64,000 bases of DNA. Origin: Octopus bimaculoides. Lineage: Eukaryota. Position numbers and translations under genes: made by a program. The notes under the pieces are model-generated. The model saw nothing but the letters and a program-made list of their open reading frames with translations, was not told the DNA's origin and did no database searches. Shown piece by piece: positions 50,761-64,000 of this stretch. Where the stretch lies: assembly GCF_001194135.2 (NCBI RefSeq), contig NC_068998.1:10645619-10709618 (forward strand). The letters run 5' to 3'. The first letter of the stretch is position 1. Each line of letters opens with the position of its first letter.

Positions 50761-51360
50761 CTGCTTTGACATGATTTCTATGGCTAGAAGTCCTTCCTGA
50801 CACCAGTCACATTACAGAGTATTCTGGGAGCATTTTTTGTGAGGTCACTAGAAGTGGGATTAGAGTAGGGAGGGAAACAGCTTTACGCTAGGAAGACAAG
50901 AAGTTAAAGTATGAAGAAGGAGGCTGAAACAGGTTTCTTGTGGAGGAGATACATGGCTATTGGGATTATGCAAGAGAGAGTGAGGGTATTCAGAGTGGAG
51001 CTGGGAAAAGAGGTAAAAATGCTGGTAACAGGAAGCCAAGATGGGCCCTGGCGACATGGAGAAAGAAAGGGTGGGTGGGTAGAAGTTACAAGAGAATATG
51101 CAATGAGTAAAAGATGGTTAGAGATGGATGGGGTGGCGAAAAGATAGTAATACAAGGCCAGCAATTTTAGGGAAGGGGTTAATTGCTTATATCAATTTCA
51201 GTGCTCAACTAGTATCTGTTTTATCAGCTTTGAAAGGACAAAAGGTAATGTTGACCTCGGCAGAGTTTGAAATCAGAATGTAAAGAATCAAAGAATCGGA
51301 ACAAATGACACTAAAGCATTTTTGTCCTGAGTGCAAATAATTCTGCCAGCTCACCAACCA

Positions 51361-51414
<54 letters not shown>

Positions 51415-51698
51415 TACATACATATATATACAGAGAGAGAGAGGGGGAAAGAGAAGAGGGAAAGACAGAGAAAGAAGGAGAGGGTGAAACAGGCAGATTG
51501 AAGGATACTGAGTCAGAAGGGAGTGCTGAACTATTAACTATCCAATCCTTGAAAGTTATGGAGGAATGAACAGCCAGCCATAAATTGACAGTGACGCAAG
51601 TAAACACAGTTACACACACACACATACCTCATATACAAAACAGAAAGCTACCCTACAAGATGACAAATCTTTGAATGCAAAACATAAATTCATTTGAC

Positions 51699-51745
<47 letters not shown>

Positions 51746-51755
51746 TGTGTGGTGT

Positions 51756-51786
<31 letters not shown>

Positions 51787-52136
51787 ATCATCATCNNNNN
51801 NNNNNNNNNNNNNNNNNNNNNNNNNNNNNNNNNNNNNNNNNNNNNNNNNNNNNNNNNNNNNNNNNNNNNNNNNNNNNNNNNNNNNNNNNNNNNNNNNNNN
51901 NNNNNNNNNNNNNNNNNNNNNNNNNNNNNNNNNNNNNNNNNNNNNNNNNNNNNNNNNNNNNNNNNNNNNNNNNNNNNNNNNNNNNNNNNNNNNNNNNNNN
52001 NNNNNNNNNNNNNNNNNNNNNNNNNNNNNNNNNNNNNNNNNNNNNNNNNNNNNNNNNNNNNNNNNNNNNNNNNNNNNNNNNNNNNNNNNNNNNNNNNNNN
52101 NNNNNNNNNNNNNNNNNNNNNNNNNNNNNNNNNNNN

Positions 52137-52195
<59 letters not shown>

Positions 52196-54159
52196 CATAT
52201 ATAACCCAATAAGCTTCTTTCCATTTCAGTCCTCTCACAAGGATTTAGTCAGTACCCAGAGCTAACTGAAGATACTGGAAGGTACTACTCTGTCAAAGTT
52301 GATGGAGGACCCTTTCATTCATTCATCCATATATATATATATACATTCATGTATGCATGCACACACATGCGCATCATCACCATCCTTGATCTACATCTGC
52401 TTTTCCATGCTGGCAATGAATCTGATGAGTTATCTGAGGCAGTGTTTTACGACCAGATGCTCTTCCTGTCACTAACCAATTTAGTCATTTCCTAGAACAC
52501 ACAGGAATATGCTATATCTATCCTAAAATAATGGAGATGTACAGTACACTTCCCTCATGTGTATATATGTGTATGTGTGTGCGAGACAGAGAGAGACAGC
52601 ATGCGTTTATGTGAGGTAAGTATTTGTGACAATAATTTTACACATACACACCAAATTTACTACATAACATTTTTATACATACTCATATATGCACAACACA
52701 TCCACACATTCCTGACCCACACAAATTAGCACAGATGGATAGATACATATACACAGAAATTCACATGCATCTACACTTGTATAAAAGCAAAGTTAAACGA
52801 CACCGGAGCATTTAGCTATAAATTATCTCTTGACTGCCAGATGATGAGAAATAATTGCAAATATCAAAGCAATGTGTAAAGAGGTACATTGAGCTAATAG
52901 AGTCATAGGTAGGATGTAGGAGTTGGGGAAGGAGTAGACGTTAGTGAGTGACTGGGTGTAGTGGTGAGAGTGTGTGTGCGTGTGTGTGTGTGTGTGTGTG
53001 AGAGAGGGAGGGAGAGTGAGGTCTGTGAAGATAAGCGGCTGATAATTCTTGTATGCAAATACAAAAAATAAATGGCAGGCATGGCTGTGTAGTTAAGAAG
53101 CTCACTCTGCAACCTCTTGGTTTTGAGATCAATTCCATGGCATGAACCTTTTGGAAAGTGTCTTCTAGTATAACCCGGGACCAACCAATGCCTTGGTGAG
53201 TGAATTTGGGAGACAGAAACTCTGAATAGGACCCAAGTCCACCACAGGGTTAACTTCCCAGCTGTTGTTACAAGTTACAGGTTCATTTTCACCTTTACAG
53301 TGATGTGTTTGCCTGATGCTTTTTAAAATGATGAAAACCCTTGTACAAGATCAATCCCACTCTCTAAATCACATATGAATTTGCCTAAAATGAAGGTTTA
53401 GTATACATCATTGAATGTAAATGAAATCACAGGTGTTGGATCAGAGTTTTTCTCTTTCTAGAGAGATGTCTTAAAGACTAGGAATCTCACATTTGTTGGA
53501 TGGTCATTGATAGGTTTTCTTATCCATCTTGCAGGATGTCCAGTGAAATCTACCCTCCTCACCAAACAGGATTGGTAGGGCTAACAGTTTGGCTGCTGAT
53601 GGCCTGACCATGTGATAGGCTGTACTGGGTTACATGTTACCAGTAACACTAAGAGGAACCATTGTATACATCCATAAATACATTTAAAATTGTGTCTGTA
53701 TATGTATGTAAGAGGCATGTAGGGAGACAGACAGAATGACAGTTGGGGAAAAAGTGAGAAATAGACATAGAAGAGAGACACAGGCAAACAAAGACTGCCT
53801 CTGTATGTGTTTTGTGTGTATATGTGCACATGCACACATAATTATATATATTCGTTGTAACTGCAAAGGGTATCAAACAGTTAAAAATGTTAAAAGCTTT
53901 CAAGTTGCTGAAAGAATTCATAATGAATAATTACACACATTGGATAATTATAGATATTGTCAATTATTAATTATATCCTGCCTTAACTTTAAACCCTGTT
54001 GTCAGTAAATCACAAATAAAAACAGGGGGAAAAATCTTAAAACAACAACAACAACAAAAACCCACACACATAAGGGAAGTAATTCACAACCCATTATGAC
54101 ATTTACTTTAAGATGAGAGTGAATCAGGGTGTTTCTGTATGAGGCACAGCGTGCTAGAG

Positions 54160-54420
54160 ATAGCAGTCAAATCTCCTTTAAATCACACCCAATTGTTTTA
54201 AATAAAGGAACATTACATTCTATAATGAGGTCCTAGATACATACCCCAGCCTCCCAAAAAATGGAAGGGTCATGGCCAGAATGATTTTGGAATGACCTGT
54301 TAAAACTGCTTGACCAAAGTTGACTAGAAGCCGAACTATAACAACAATATCATATTCATACATTGGACATTTAACAACAGCTGGACTAATTTTTGTTTTA
54401 CGCCCCACCCCTACAAGGTT
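54160..54420 (+). repeat. Ancient dispersed repeat family E (AAATAGCAGCCAAATCTCCCTC module)
   Basis: Diverged homologues recur at about 9440, 9640, 14750, 20780, 24360, 38010, 44090, 57610, 62200 and 63340. Probably an old SINE, class not established. Confidence 0.6.
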
Positions 54421-54521
54421 AGCTATGATAGAACAGTCCAACGATCGAAGACATACCAGTTGTGACCATCAAGTTTAGTATCATTATTATTATCATTATT
54501 ATTATCATTATAATTATTCTT

Positions 54522-54740
54522 AAAGCGGCGAGCTGACAGAATCATTAGCATGCCAGGCAAAATGCTTAGCGGTATTTCGTCTGCTGCTGAGTTCTGAGTT
54601 CAAATTCCACCAAGGTCAACTTTGCCTTTCATCCTTTCGTGGTCAATAAAACAAGTACCAGTTGCTTACTGGGGTCGATCTAATCGACTGGCTCCCTCCC
54701 CTAAAATTTCTGGCTTTGTGCCTATAGTAGAAAGGATTAT
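54522..54740 (+). mobile_element. SINE family B
   Basis: Head and central domain as in 27553-27782, with an (ATT)n tail. Many diverged copies elsewhere (about 10700-11010, 11750, 23210, 29230, 34010, 37630, 38960, 44490, 51150). Confidence 0.85.
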
Positions 54741-56756
54741 TATTATTATAATTATTATCATTTTTTTAATATATGTATAACCTTAGATTACATTATCTTA
54801 GCTTTTATCTTTTCTGTTATCTTTTACTTGTTTCAGTCATTGTACTGCAGCCAAGCTGGAGCACCACCTTGAAGGGTTTAGTCGGAAAATACTATTTTCT
54901 TTTTTTTTGAAATCTGGCACTTATTCTATCCAGTCTGTTTTGCTAAACCACTAAGTTACAGGGATGTAAACAAACCAACATCAGTTGTTTAGCAGTAGAG
55001 CGAGGAAACGATCACAAGCACAAACACACATGCATCTGATGAGCTCCCATCCTGTTTCTGCCTACCAAATTCATTCACAAAGCATTGGTTGAACATGGGC
55101 TATCGATGACGACAAATGCTGAAGGTACTGTAAACTGGCACTGAACCTGAAACTACAGAGTTGCAAAGTGAGTTCCTTAACCACACAGCCTGTGCCTAGG
55201 TCTCATTTTCTTTCATAAGAACAGAAGGATGTAAACTGAAGGAGAAAGTTTAGTCCTATCTTTTGCAGATTAATTGGAACAATTATTTCTACAGCAGAAT
55301 ATCCATCATTCTCCATTTTCTTTAGTCTGGTGGTTAGTCATATTTTCTTCTAAAGGTATTCACAATTAGAAGATATGAAAGCAAAGCAAAATAAATGAAT
55401 TTAAAAAGAAAAAAGGGGAAGAAAATACAAAAGAACAACAGAAAGAGTACCTACAGGTGACAAAGGGGCATATTTGTCAATATAGACAATGGTAGAGACC
55501 TCCATGGTCAAGGAAGAAGACAAGACAATTGTGGCAGGTTTCTTCCCAATTTTTGTGCAGGTCCTTTGATGCCTGTGCCACTACACCTGATCTTTATAGC
55601 CTTTATCTGTCTCCCCAGACTTTCTTAACAACATTAATTAGCATGGCATGGAGAAGAGACAAGACAGTGGTGGTGCCAGTAGAGTGAATAAGATATAGAA
55701 GAGCAGGGAAGTGAGGGAGTGGAATCATTAGATTACAACCAGGATGTGGCAGAAGTCCAGTCATCAAGCTTGGACATCTGGGATGGGTAGGTGGAACAAA
55801 AAGCAGACAAATGCACTATTTTTTTTTTTTTTAATCTTTTACTTGTTTCAGAAATTGGACTGTGGCCATGCTGGGGCACCACTTTGAAAAGTTCAGTTGA
55901 AGAAATCAGCCTCAGTATTTGTTTTAAGTCTGTTTTTTTTTTATTTTATCGGTCTCGTTTGCCAAGCCACTAATTTACATTGATATAAACAAAAGACAGG
56001 TTGTCAAGCAGTGGTGTGGACAAATATATATACATAAATACATAATATAATGTTAGAATAAAATCTTTATAAGAATTTATGAAGTAGTTAGTGTGAAAAA
56101 ACCTCATAAGGAAAAAAAAAAAACCATTTTTTTCCATAAATATATATACGATGGGCTTCCACACAGTTTCCACCTGCCAATTTACTCAAAAAGCACTGGT
56201 TAGCCTGGCACTACAATAGAAAAGTTTTGCCCAAGGTGCTGTGCTGTGGGACTGAACCTGAAAAAAATTTGTTCCAAGTGAACTTCCTGAACCTTGTAGA
56301 AAAAAATTGAATAACTAAAAGCAAGTCTTTCTCCCCTTGATAATCATCAGTGTTGTCAGCAAGATTTGAACTCATAGCTGGGAAGCACCAGATCTTGGTG
56401 CATTAATGTACTCAATGCTCTACACAGGGAAGGTAAGTATTTGGTACACGTGAAATAATTAAGTCTAATTTATTAGGCAATCCTAATGACCTGACAGCAA
56501 CCCACACAACCCAGGCTTTATCACTTGCTTACACTTTCCCTCCTCCTACACTTCCTCTCTTTTACCCCCACCCCACCCCGACCACGCTGTTCTAATAATG
56601 AAGGTTACTCCCCTCGTTCTCCCATCTCTCACACCTTGGCAATGAGACAATTTCTACAAGCTGTTTGACAATGAATGGACAGAGATCTTCTTCCAAGTAA
56701 AACAATGGAATGGAAATTGTGGAAGGATGGGGCGGTGGGGTGGCAACACTTGATAG

Positions 56757-57480
<724 letters not shown>

Positions 57481-57949
57481 ACAAACAGATAACAAAACAA
57501 AAGAAATTGCAGAGAGTCACAAGTTAGGGAAAAGGTGAGAAAGAGAGTCAAGAGAAAAGGAAGAAACAAAATAAATTAAAAAAAGATGGAATGCATGTAT
57601 AATGTGTCCAGCCCTTGATGGAGCACCACTATGATAATATCTTCCCTGCTGTGACTATCCCATCATTTTTATCGGGGTAAATAGGAATACATTACCTAAT
57701 GTGCTGTTTGCTTACGTAAGATGGTGTAATCTAAGGTAGATTTGTCTATTTCTAGCAGGTCGTGTAACCACATAGAAGCTCCTTTGATTGGCTGTGTATG
57801 TTATGCTACCTGATGATGACAATGATGATGGCCACAATGATGCTGATGATAATTAAGACATTATTGTAAAAACAACTGAAGTGAGGATGAAGATGATGTT
57901 GAGAATGATGACAAGAAATGTCAAATAACAACATCAAAAAGTAAAAAAG

Positions 57950-58900
57950 AATTTAAAAATGTAAAAATACAAAATAATTTAAATAAGATAAATTTAAAGC
58001 AAAAGAGAGAGAGAAAAAAATGAAATCAAACAGTATTCGCCCAGAGCAAAAACTGGTTACCTCAATTTCCCTCTTCAGGTTAAGGTCTGCCATTTGCTTT
58101 GAAGGAATTTTCGTAGGGCCCCTATTATCTCTTCTCTGATACCTTTGTCTGGAATCAGAAATTATTTCACAACCACCTATGTGGCGCCGTATGAATTCCA
58201 TTGTCAGAAGGAAAAAAAAAGAGAAAAAGTAGGGGATAGCTACAAAGCTCTCGGAGAGTTTATTGAGGAGGGTAATGTTAGCAACGAAATATAGTCTGTC
58301 ATGATCCGGTCCAAGAGAGTTGTTGTAAGTAACCACTGAGTCACCAAGTTCAAAGAGTGGGTAGTTCCGCATTGAGTAGAAAAAAAGGAAAACAAAGAGA
58401 GGAAAGAAAGGTTTCTTCCGATAAGATTTGAAGTGAATCTAGTGATTCCAGGCAATGTGACAGAATGCATTAAGGATGGCAACCACAGGAGCAGCAGAAA
58501 AAATAGACTCAGACTGTTTCTTACCTCCGCTTGGCGTCAGATGAAAGTATTCGGCTCCTATGTAAGAAACAATTTTAGGCTGAGTCAAATATGTGTGGAA
58601 CTATTAGAAATGTTCAATGGAATACAGATTGGGGAAACATCAGGTTAAAAATTCCATAAAAGGATGCACGAGTAAGTAAAGAAGAAAAAAATATTACTGC
58701 CACTTCAGGGGTTGCAGGATCATCAGGACTTTTGAGATGTCTCGACAATATTTCATGTGTCTCCATAATCCAATCGGATTGCTTGTAGCAATGCTGAACA
58801 ACAATAACAACAACACCAAAAGCAAGACCAGCAGAACATCAGTGGCACCAAGGAGGAAAAATTAAGAGACGAAAATTGGTTAGCAAAATTCCATCAGACC
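57950..58900 (-). mobile_element. Possible highly decayed L1/Tx1-type RT segment
   Basis: Weak motif remnants in RT order: ILSRHLK, LLDRIMTD, LYFVANITLL (YADDIT-like), RHIGG (YLG-like) and EEIIGALRKFLQSKWQTLT*RGK (resembling W..R.LSLRGK). Confidence 0.35.
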
Positions 58901-60173
58901 AAATGTAACGTAACGTAAACTGGTCATACAATTAATCAGTTGGCACTTGAGGTAGTTTTCTTTCTTTTTTTTTTCAAGTCAGTTGGCAGCAGAAAATTTT
59001 TGGTAAATTTTAGGTAACCATGAGAATGATGTGAAAGGTGACAAATGACTTTAGCATTTAGGTTATACTACTGGATTCTGTAGATTTTTGAGTAGAGTAA
59101 ATGCTTAACTGTATTCTGTGAGATAGTAAGCTGCAAAGTGTTACACTGAATACTCAAGGAGTAGTGGAATGGCTGAGTGGATGGAGTATCTTCTCAGGTG
59201 GAATGCTGTTAGTTTGTACTGGACACACATGAACTGCTGTGTGCTTTTGTGTTGCGCTTTGAGTGTGGTAATATACTCTTGTCCCAATTTAACTGAGGAA
59301 ACACTGAGTGGTCAGGTAATATAACCAACCATCACCAATTTCATTGACAAAGAAGCAATAAAGGTAGGAGATAATGAGAGAGAAAGAGACAGGGGAGAGA
59401 GAGGGTGTGTATGTGAAAGAGAGTGTGTGGTGAGTGAGTGAGTAAGTCTGTGCATGTGAGAGAGAGACAGACAGAGAGTGTGTGTGCTAGAGAGAGAGAG
59501 ACAGTAGACTCAAAGACTGGGTGTCATGTATTCGAGAAGGTGATGTGTAGTTTTGGTGGGAAAGTGCTTTTTGTCAAATGTCGAGAATGAAGTTCTTGAA
59601 GAATGAAAACTAAAAGAAAATTACAAGAACCTCGGCAGCAGAAGTAGAAGTAGTAGAAGTAGCAGCAGCAACAACAACAAGAAAAGATTCTTGAAACAAG
59701 CCACTCTATTGTATTCACTTCAAGTCCTGCCTGGTTTGAACAAGAAATGTTTTCTGAAGTTTGCATTAGAAAGTAGGACGTAAAGAACAGGACAAAACAA
59801 AACAAGGTATCCAGCTGATTAAAAAATTTTAGAAAAAGACAATTTACATACATTCCAAGGTGATGGATAAAAATTCTTCACGCTAATTGACCTATATATA
59901 TATACGTATATATAACACAAAGTATATATGTATATATAACACAAAGTATCCAGCAGTTGAAACAGTCTTCCTGGCAAATTAATCATAAGGGGACATAAAT
60001 CTGTTTAATCCTTAGTTATATTATAATAGAAAGGAGAAAATGAGAACATTTCTGTCGAAGCCTTCTGGTTCTTATTTTGGTCTTGAATGTTTCCTTCCTT
60101 GTTTTTTTCTCCTTGTTTCAGATCATATGGCATCCACTTTTGAGAAATTGTTTAAAAAATGCATACAGATATC

Positions 60174-60206
<33 letters not shown>

Positions 60207-61039
60207 TACATATATATACACACACATTAAACACACGTTCATATATGCATATACAGACACGTGTGTATGCATGTAAATCACTTCAAGAAATCAAATCAAA
60301 TCCCCAATGTTTATTTGTTGTTTGTTATTGTTGTCCTTTTTTTCTTCTTCTTTTTGGTTGGGGGTTCCTTTTTTTGTTCCTTAGATGCTGGCTGCCAGCC
60401 GTATATAACCAGTTACCTCTGTGCCATAGGTCTGATAAAGCAGGGCTGACTCAACCAGGCTGTGGCTATTCTTCAACAAAAACAACAACAACAACCTGTA
60501 GTGTGTGTGGGTGGGTGTACTGGTGTAGACAACAATAGAAGCAACTAATATTGTTGTTGATTTGTGAGTGTTGTAAGACTATGTATTGGAATGGAGCAGA
60601 ATTGGTATAATTAATGAAGAATCAATTAAACAGACAATGTAGATGGTGACTAAGATTAAACTCACAACACATGCATATACACAGGTAGGTATACATAGAC
60701 AATTACACACACATACTAAATTACATATACATACTCAGTGTGTGTGTGTACATTATATATATATATATATATGTATACAGTTATTGGGCAGTTTCTTCCT
60801 CTGTCAGCATATGTGTATACATTTGCACTCTCCTTATAGCACCAGGAATATTTTACTCCTATTTCTAGCAATATAGGTGTCTTGTCATCTGTTAGTCACA
60901 TTTAGTAACAACTGAATTTTTCCTTTAATGTACCAAATTGCGCCCTGCTATTTATATTAAATTTCTATATAAATACACACACATATATATGTATAAATTT
61001 CCACACTGAACCATACAGATATGCTTACAAAAAAAGATC

Positions 61040-61620
61040 AGCCGTCCTTTATAAGACTGAGATGGTGGAGGTCCTCATCTTTGCGAGATGTGTGAGATTG
61101 AAGTGTCCACCATCTAAGTGATAGCATATGTTGCTGGAAGGCGAGTCTGGTGGGATTTCGTTGAACGTGGCAGCCATGTACAAAGAGAAACAGGTTTGTG
61201 CCAGGACAAATCTTTGCTTGACCGCCAGTTATGGGGAAACAGGTCTGTGAGGGCATGCCATTGTGAAGGGGGTGGAGCAGGGTAATGAAGCCCTCCGGAC
61301 ATACAAACCAAGCAAGGACGGCCCACATTGCAGAATGAGGGACCTTGTCAAAAGCTTTCTTTAGATCCCAGGAGATAAACATTGCAGGCTGTTACTGTTC
61401 TTGATACTTCTCATAAAGTTGGCGGACACAAAAGATCATGTCGATTGTGCCTTGAGAGGGTTGAAAGCCACATTGGGACTCAGGAAGGACATCTTCCACG
61501 GGGATGAGGAGGCAAATGAGTAGGATATGGGTGAATATCTTGCTTGCAATACTCAGGAGTGAGATGCCCCGATAGTTGTTGCAATCCTCTTAGGTCTCCC
61601 TTCTTGTAGATGGTGAGGAT
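61040..61620 (-). mobile_element. RTE/BovB-like LINE RT fragment
   Basis: ILTIYKKGD..DCNNYRGISLLSIASKIF..LPESQCGFQP..GTIDMIFCVRQL and DLKKAFDKV, with frameshifts and stops. Confidence 0.9.
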
Positions 61621-61909
61621 ATATATATGTGTGTATAGACACACACACACACACACACATTTGTTGAGGCAGATTTTTCTGGCTGGATGCTTTTCACGTT
61701 ACCAACCTTCTCCTGGACTGCATGTTTTTTAACCTTCCATGTAAACACACTCACATTAGTCAAGTAATATTACCTTGCTTGAAAGCAAGTGAGGGTTGGT
61801 GACAGATAGAGCATCCAACCATAAAAATCTACCTCAATGAACCATTCCCTTTCTCTGACGCAAGCATGGAAAAATTAGAACAATGACAAAGATAACGCCA
61901 GAGAGAGAG

Positions 61910-61998
<89 letters not shown>

Positions 61999-62508
61999 CT
62001 AGATTATAAATGTGATAATATCTTGCGTTTCCATGAAACAATCAATATTTATTGATTGATTAGATTTTTTCGATGTTCGATTATTTTTTAAGTGTTTTTC
62101 TCCCAACTGGTTATCACTTCAAAAATGGGGTCATGCTTCATTTAACTTGATGTAGTTACATTTAAAACGGTTACTGCAAAAAGGTTGCACAATCTACTAG
62201 AAATAGCAGCAAAATCTCATTCATATCACATTCCGCTGTCTTAAAAAAAAAACTGCACATTGATTAATGCAATCTTAGATACACTATCTTTTACTTGTTT
62301 CAGTTATGTGGCCATGCTGGGGCACCACCTTGAATGGTTTTAGTTGAACTCATCAACTCTAGTACTTGTTTTTGTTTTGCCATTTTTATTTTTACGTCTG
62401 GTACTTTTTCTATTGGTCTTTTTTGCTAAGTTAATGGTAAAGTAAACAAACCAACACAGGTTATCAAGTGGTGTATGGAAGGGTGACAAGCACAGTCACA
62501 AATAGGTG

Positions 62509-62543
<35 letters not shown>

Positions 62544-64000
62544 TATGCATACACATACATACATACATGCATACACACACACGATGGGCCTCCACATGAT
62601 TTCTGTCCACCATGTCAACCAAATTCACTCACAAGATATTGGTCAGTCCAGCGATATAGAAGAACGTGTCCAAGATGTCACACAGTGAAACTGAACCTGA
62701 AACCACACGGTTGTGAAACAAGCTTCTTAACCACTCATCCATACCTGCATTTATGTCTAGAAAAAAACAATGCAGGATGGTCAGGCCGAAATAATTTGGA
62801 TGATAGTTCTGCTTAATTAAAAAAGGCTTTATTTTTACAGTTAATTATATAACGAATCACATTTTAGATTATAATATTTAAATACAAAGAAGCAGAAGAA
62901 AAAAAGGAAAAGAAAGAAAAAAATGGTGGGGAGGTAAAGCGATAGAAAGAAAGAAAAATAGGGGATACAAATCAATAAATACAGGGGTCTGACCAGTTGC
63001 TAAAGGTTTGTGCTGGTCGCCATTGAGATGTCAGGGGTTCATCAGACCCTGAACTACTGATTTTCTCCACAAAATCGGGATAATCATGACTCATCTGAGA
63101 AATGAGCCCAGTGAGATGGAGTGGCTGTTGCAGTAAATATTGCTGGCCATTCTCTGTAGCGACACCATAGCAGTCATTACCATGGGGTACATTTGAGCTT
63201 ACCCTTTTTTGGGGTACGTGTGGCCCATCATCCACACTCTTGTATCTTCTACTGCTTTACCCAACCCCCCTACCTTTTTTTTTCTTTTCCTGACCCATGC
63301 AAACATGGACAGTTGGATGTAGAACTGATGCAAGATGATAAGTATGACGGTTAATTTTGAGGGAGATTTTGTTACTATTTCTAGTAAGTTGAACGACTCA
63401 TTGACCTGGATGTGTTTGTTGTGGCATTAAGGTGTGTCAGGTATGCGGAATAGAGAGAAAAAATGTGATTAAAAGCTGTACCAATTAAAATTAGTTGCTA
63501 AGAGAGGTTACTGAGTCAAAAACAACCGATTCAAAAATGGATTTCATCATTCAATATCTGAAAAACAACAAATTTGACTTGTTATTAACATATAGAATGT
63601 CACAGATGGTCAGATGATCATGCTGATAAGTTCTTGAGTACATGTGTTTTTGACAAGGTCACTTAACTAAACAGATGTAGAACATTATTTTATTGATTCT
63701 TCAATCATTGGATTTTAACCAAGCAGGGGTACAAGACTTCGAAGGATTACATTGACTGCAGCACTTTTAGGATTGGTCCTGAAACTTATTTTATTGACTC
63801 CCAGGATGGCAAAAGGTAAAGTTGACCAGTGGTTAGTTCGCATTATATTGTAAGGAGCATAGGATTGGTTTCCCAATTTCCATGGTGTATATGCTCCTTC
63901 TTGGATGGGACACTGGTCTGTTGCAGGATTACTCATTTTTACAAGCTGAGTGGACTGGAGCAGCATGAAATGAAGTTGTTTGCTCAAGGACAGAGCCAGG

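Noticed and set aside
53535-53574. 40-nt plus-strand segment with acceptor, ATG (MSSEIYPPHQTGL) and G|GTAGGG
   Set aside because: Isolated, with a mediocre donor and no homology. This is within chance expectation in 64 kb.

Overview
AT-rich, microsatellite- and retroposon-dense metazoan DNA from a gapped short-read assembly (about 10 N-gaps, nearly all bordered by (CA)n/(TA)n arrays). The tRNA-derived SINE families and repeat landscape point to an octopus genome (inference, not verified). There is one clear protein-coding gene, on the minus strand: a BTB-BACK protein (BTBD17-like) with a 417-codon terminal exon at 3714-4967. Its probable first exon lies at about 13197-13830, next to a CpG-retaining promoter-like region at about 13800-14700. 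The rest is intronic or intergenic: at least five SINE-like families, decayed LINEs (two RTE types, CR1/L2, R4/Dong-type RLE, possibly L1/Tx1), mariner fragments, piggyBac-, hAT- and Tc1-type MITEs, Helentron-type HINEs and a Penelope fragment with a decayed hammerhead ribozyme. The most interesting items are two AG|GT-starting micro-exon or recursive-splice candidates with stops in all frames inside the BTB gene intron, dsRNA-forming structures in that intron, a three-layer TE nest, a (TTA)n landing pad and an unexplained GC-rich insert in a mariner end. There is no CRISPR array, no bona fide rRNA or tRNA gene and no evidence for a new multi-gene system. Family names are from recalled motifs, not from database searches.
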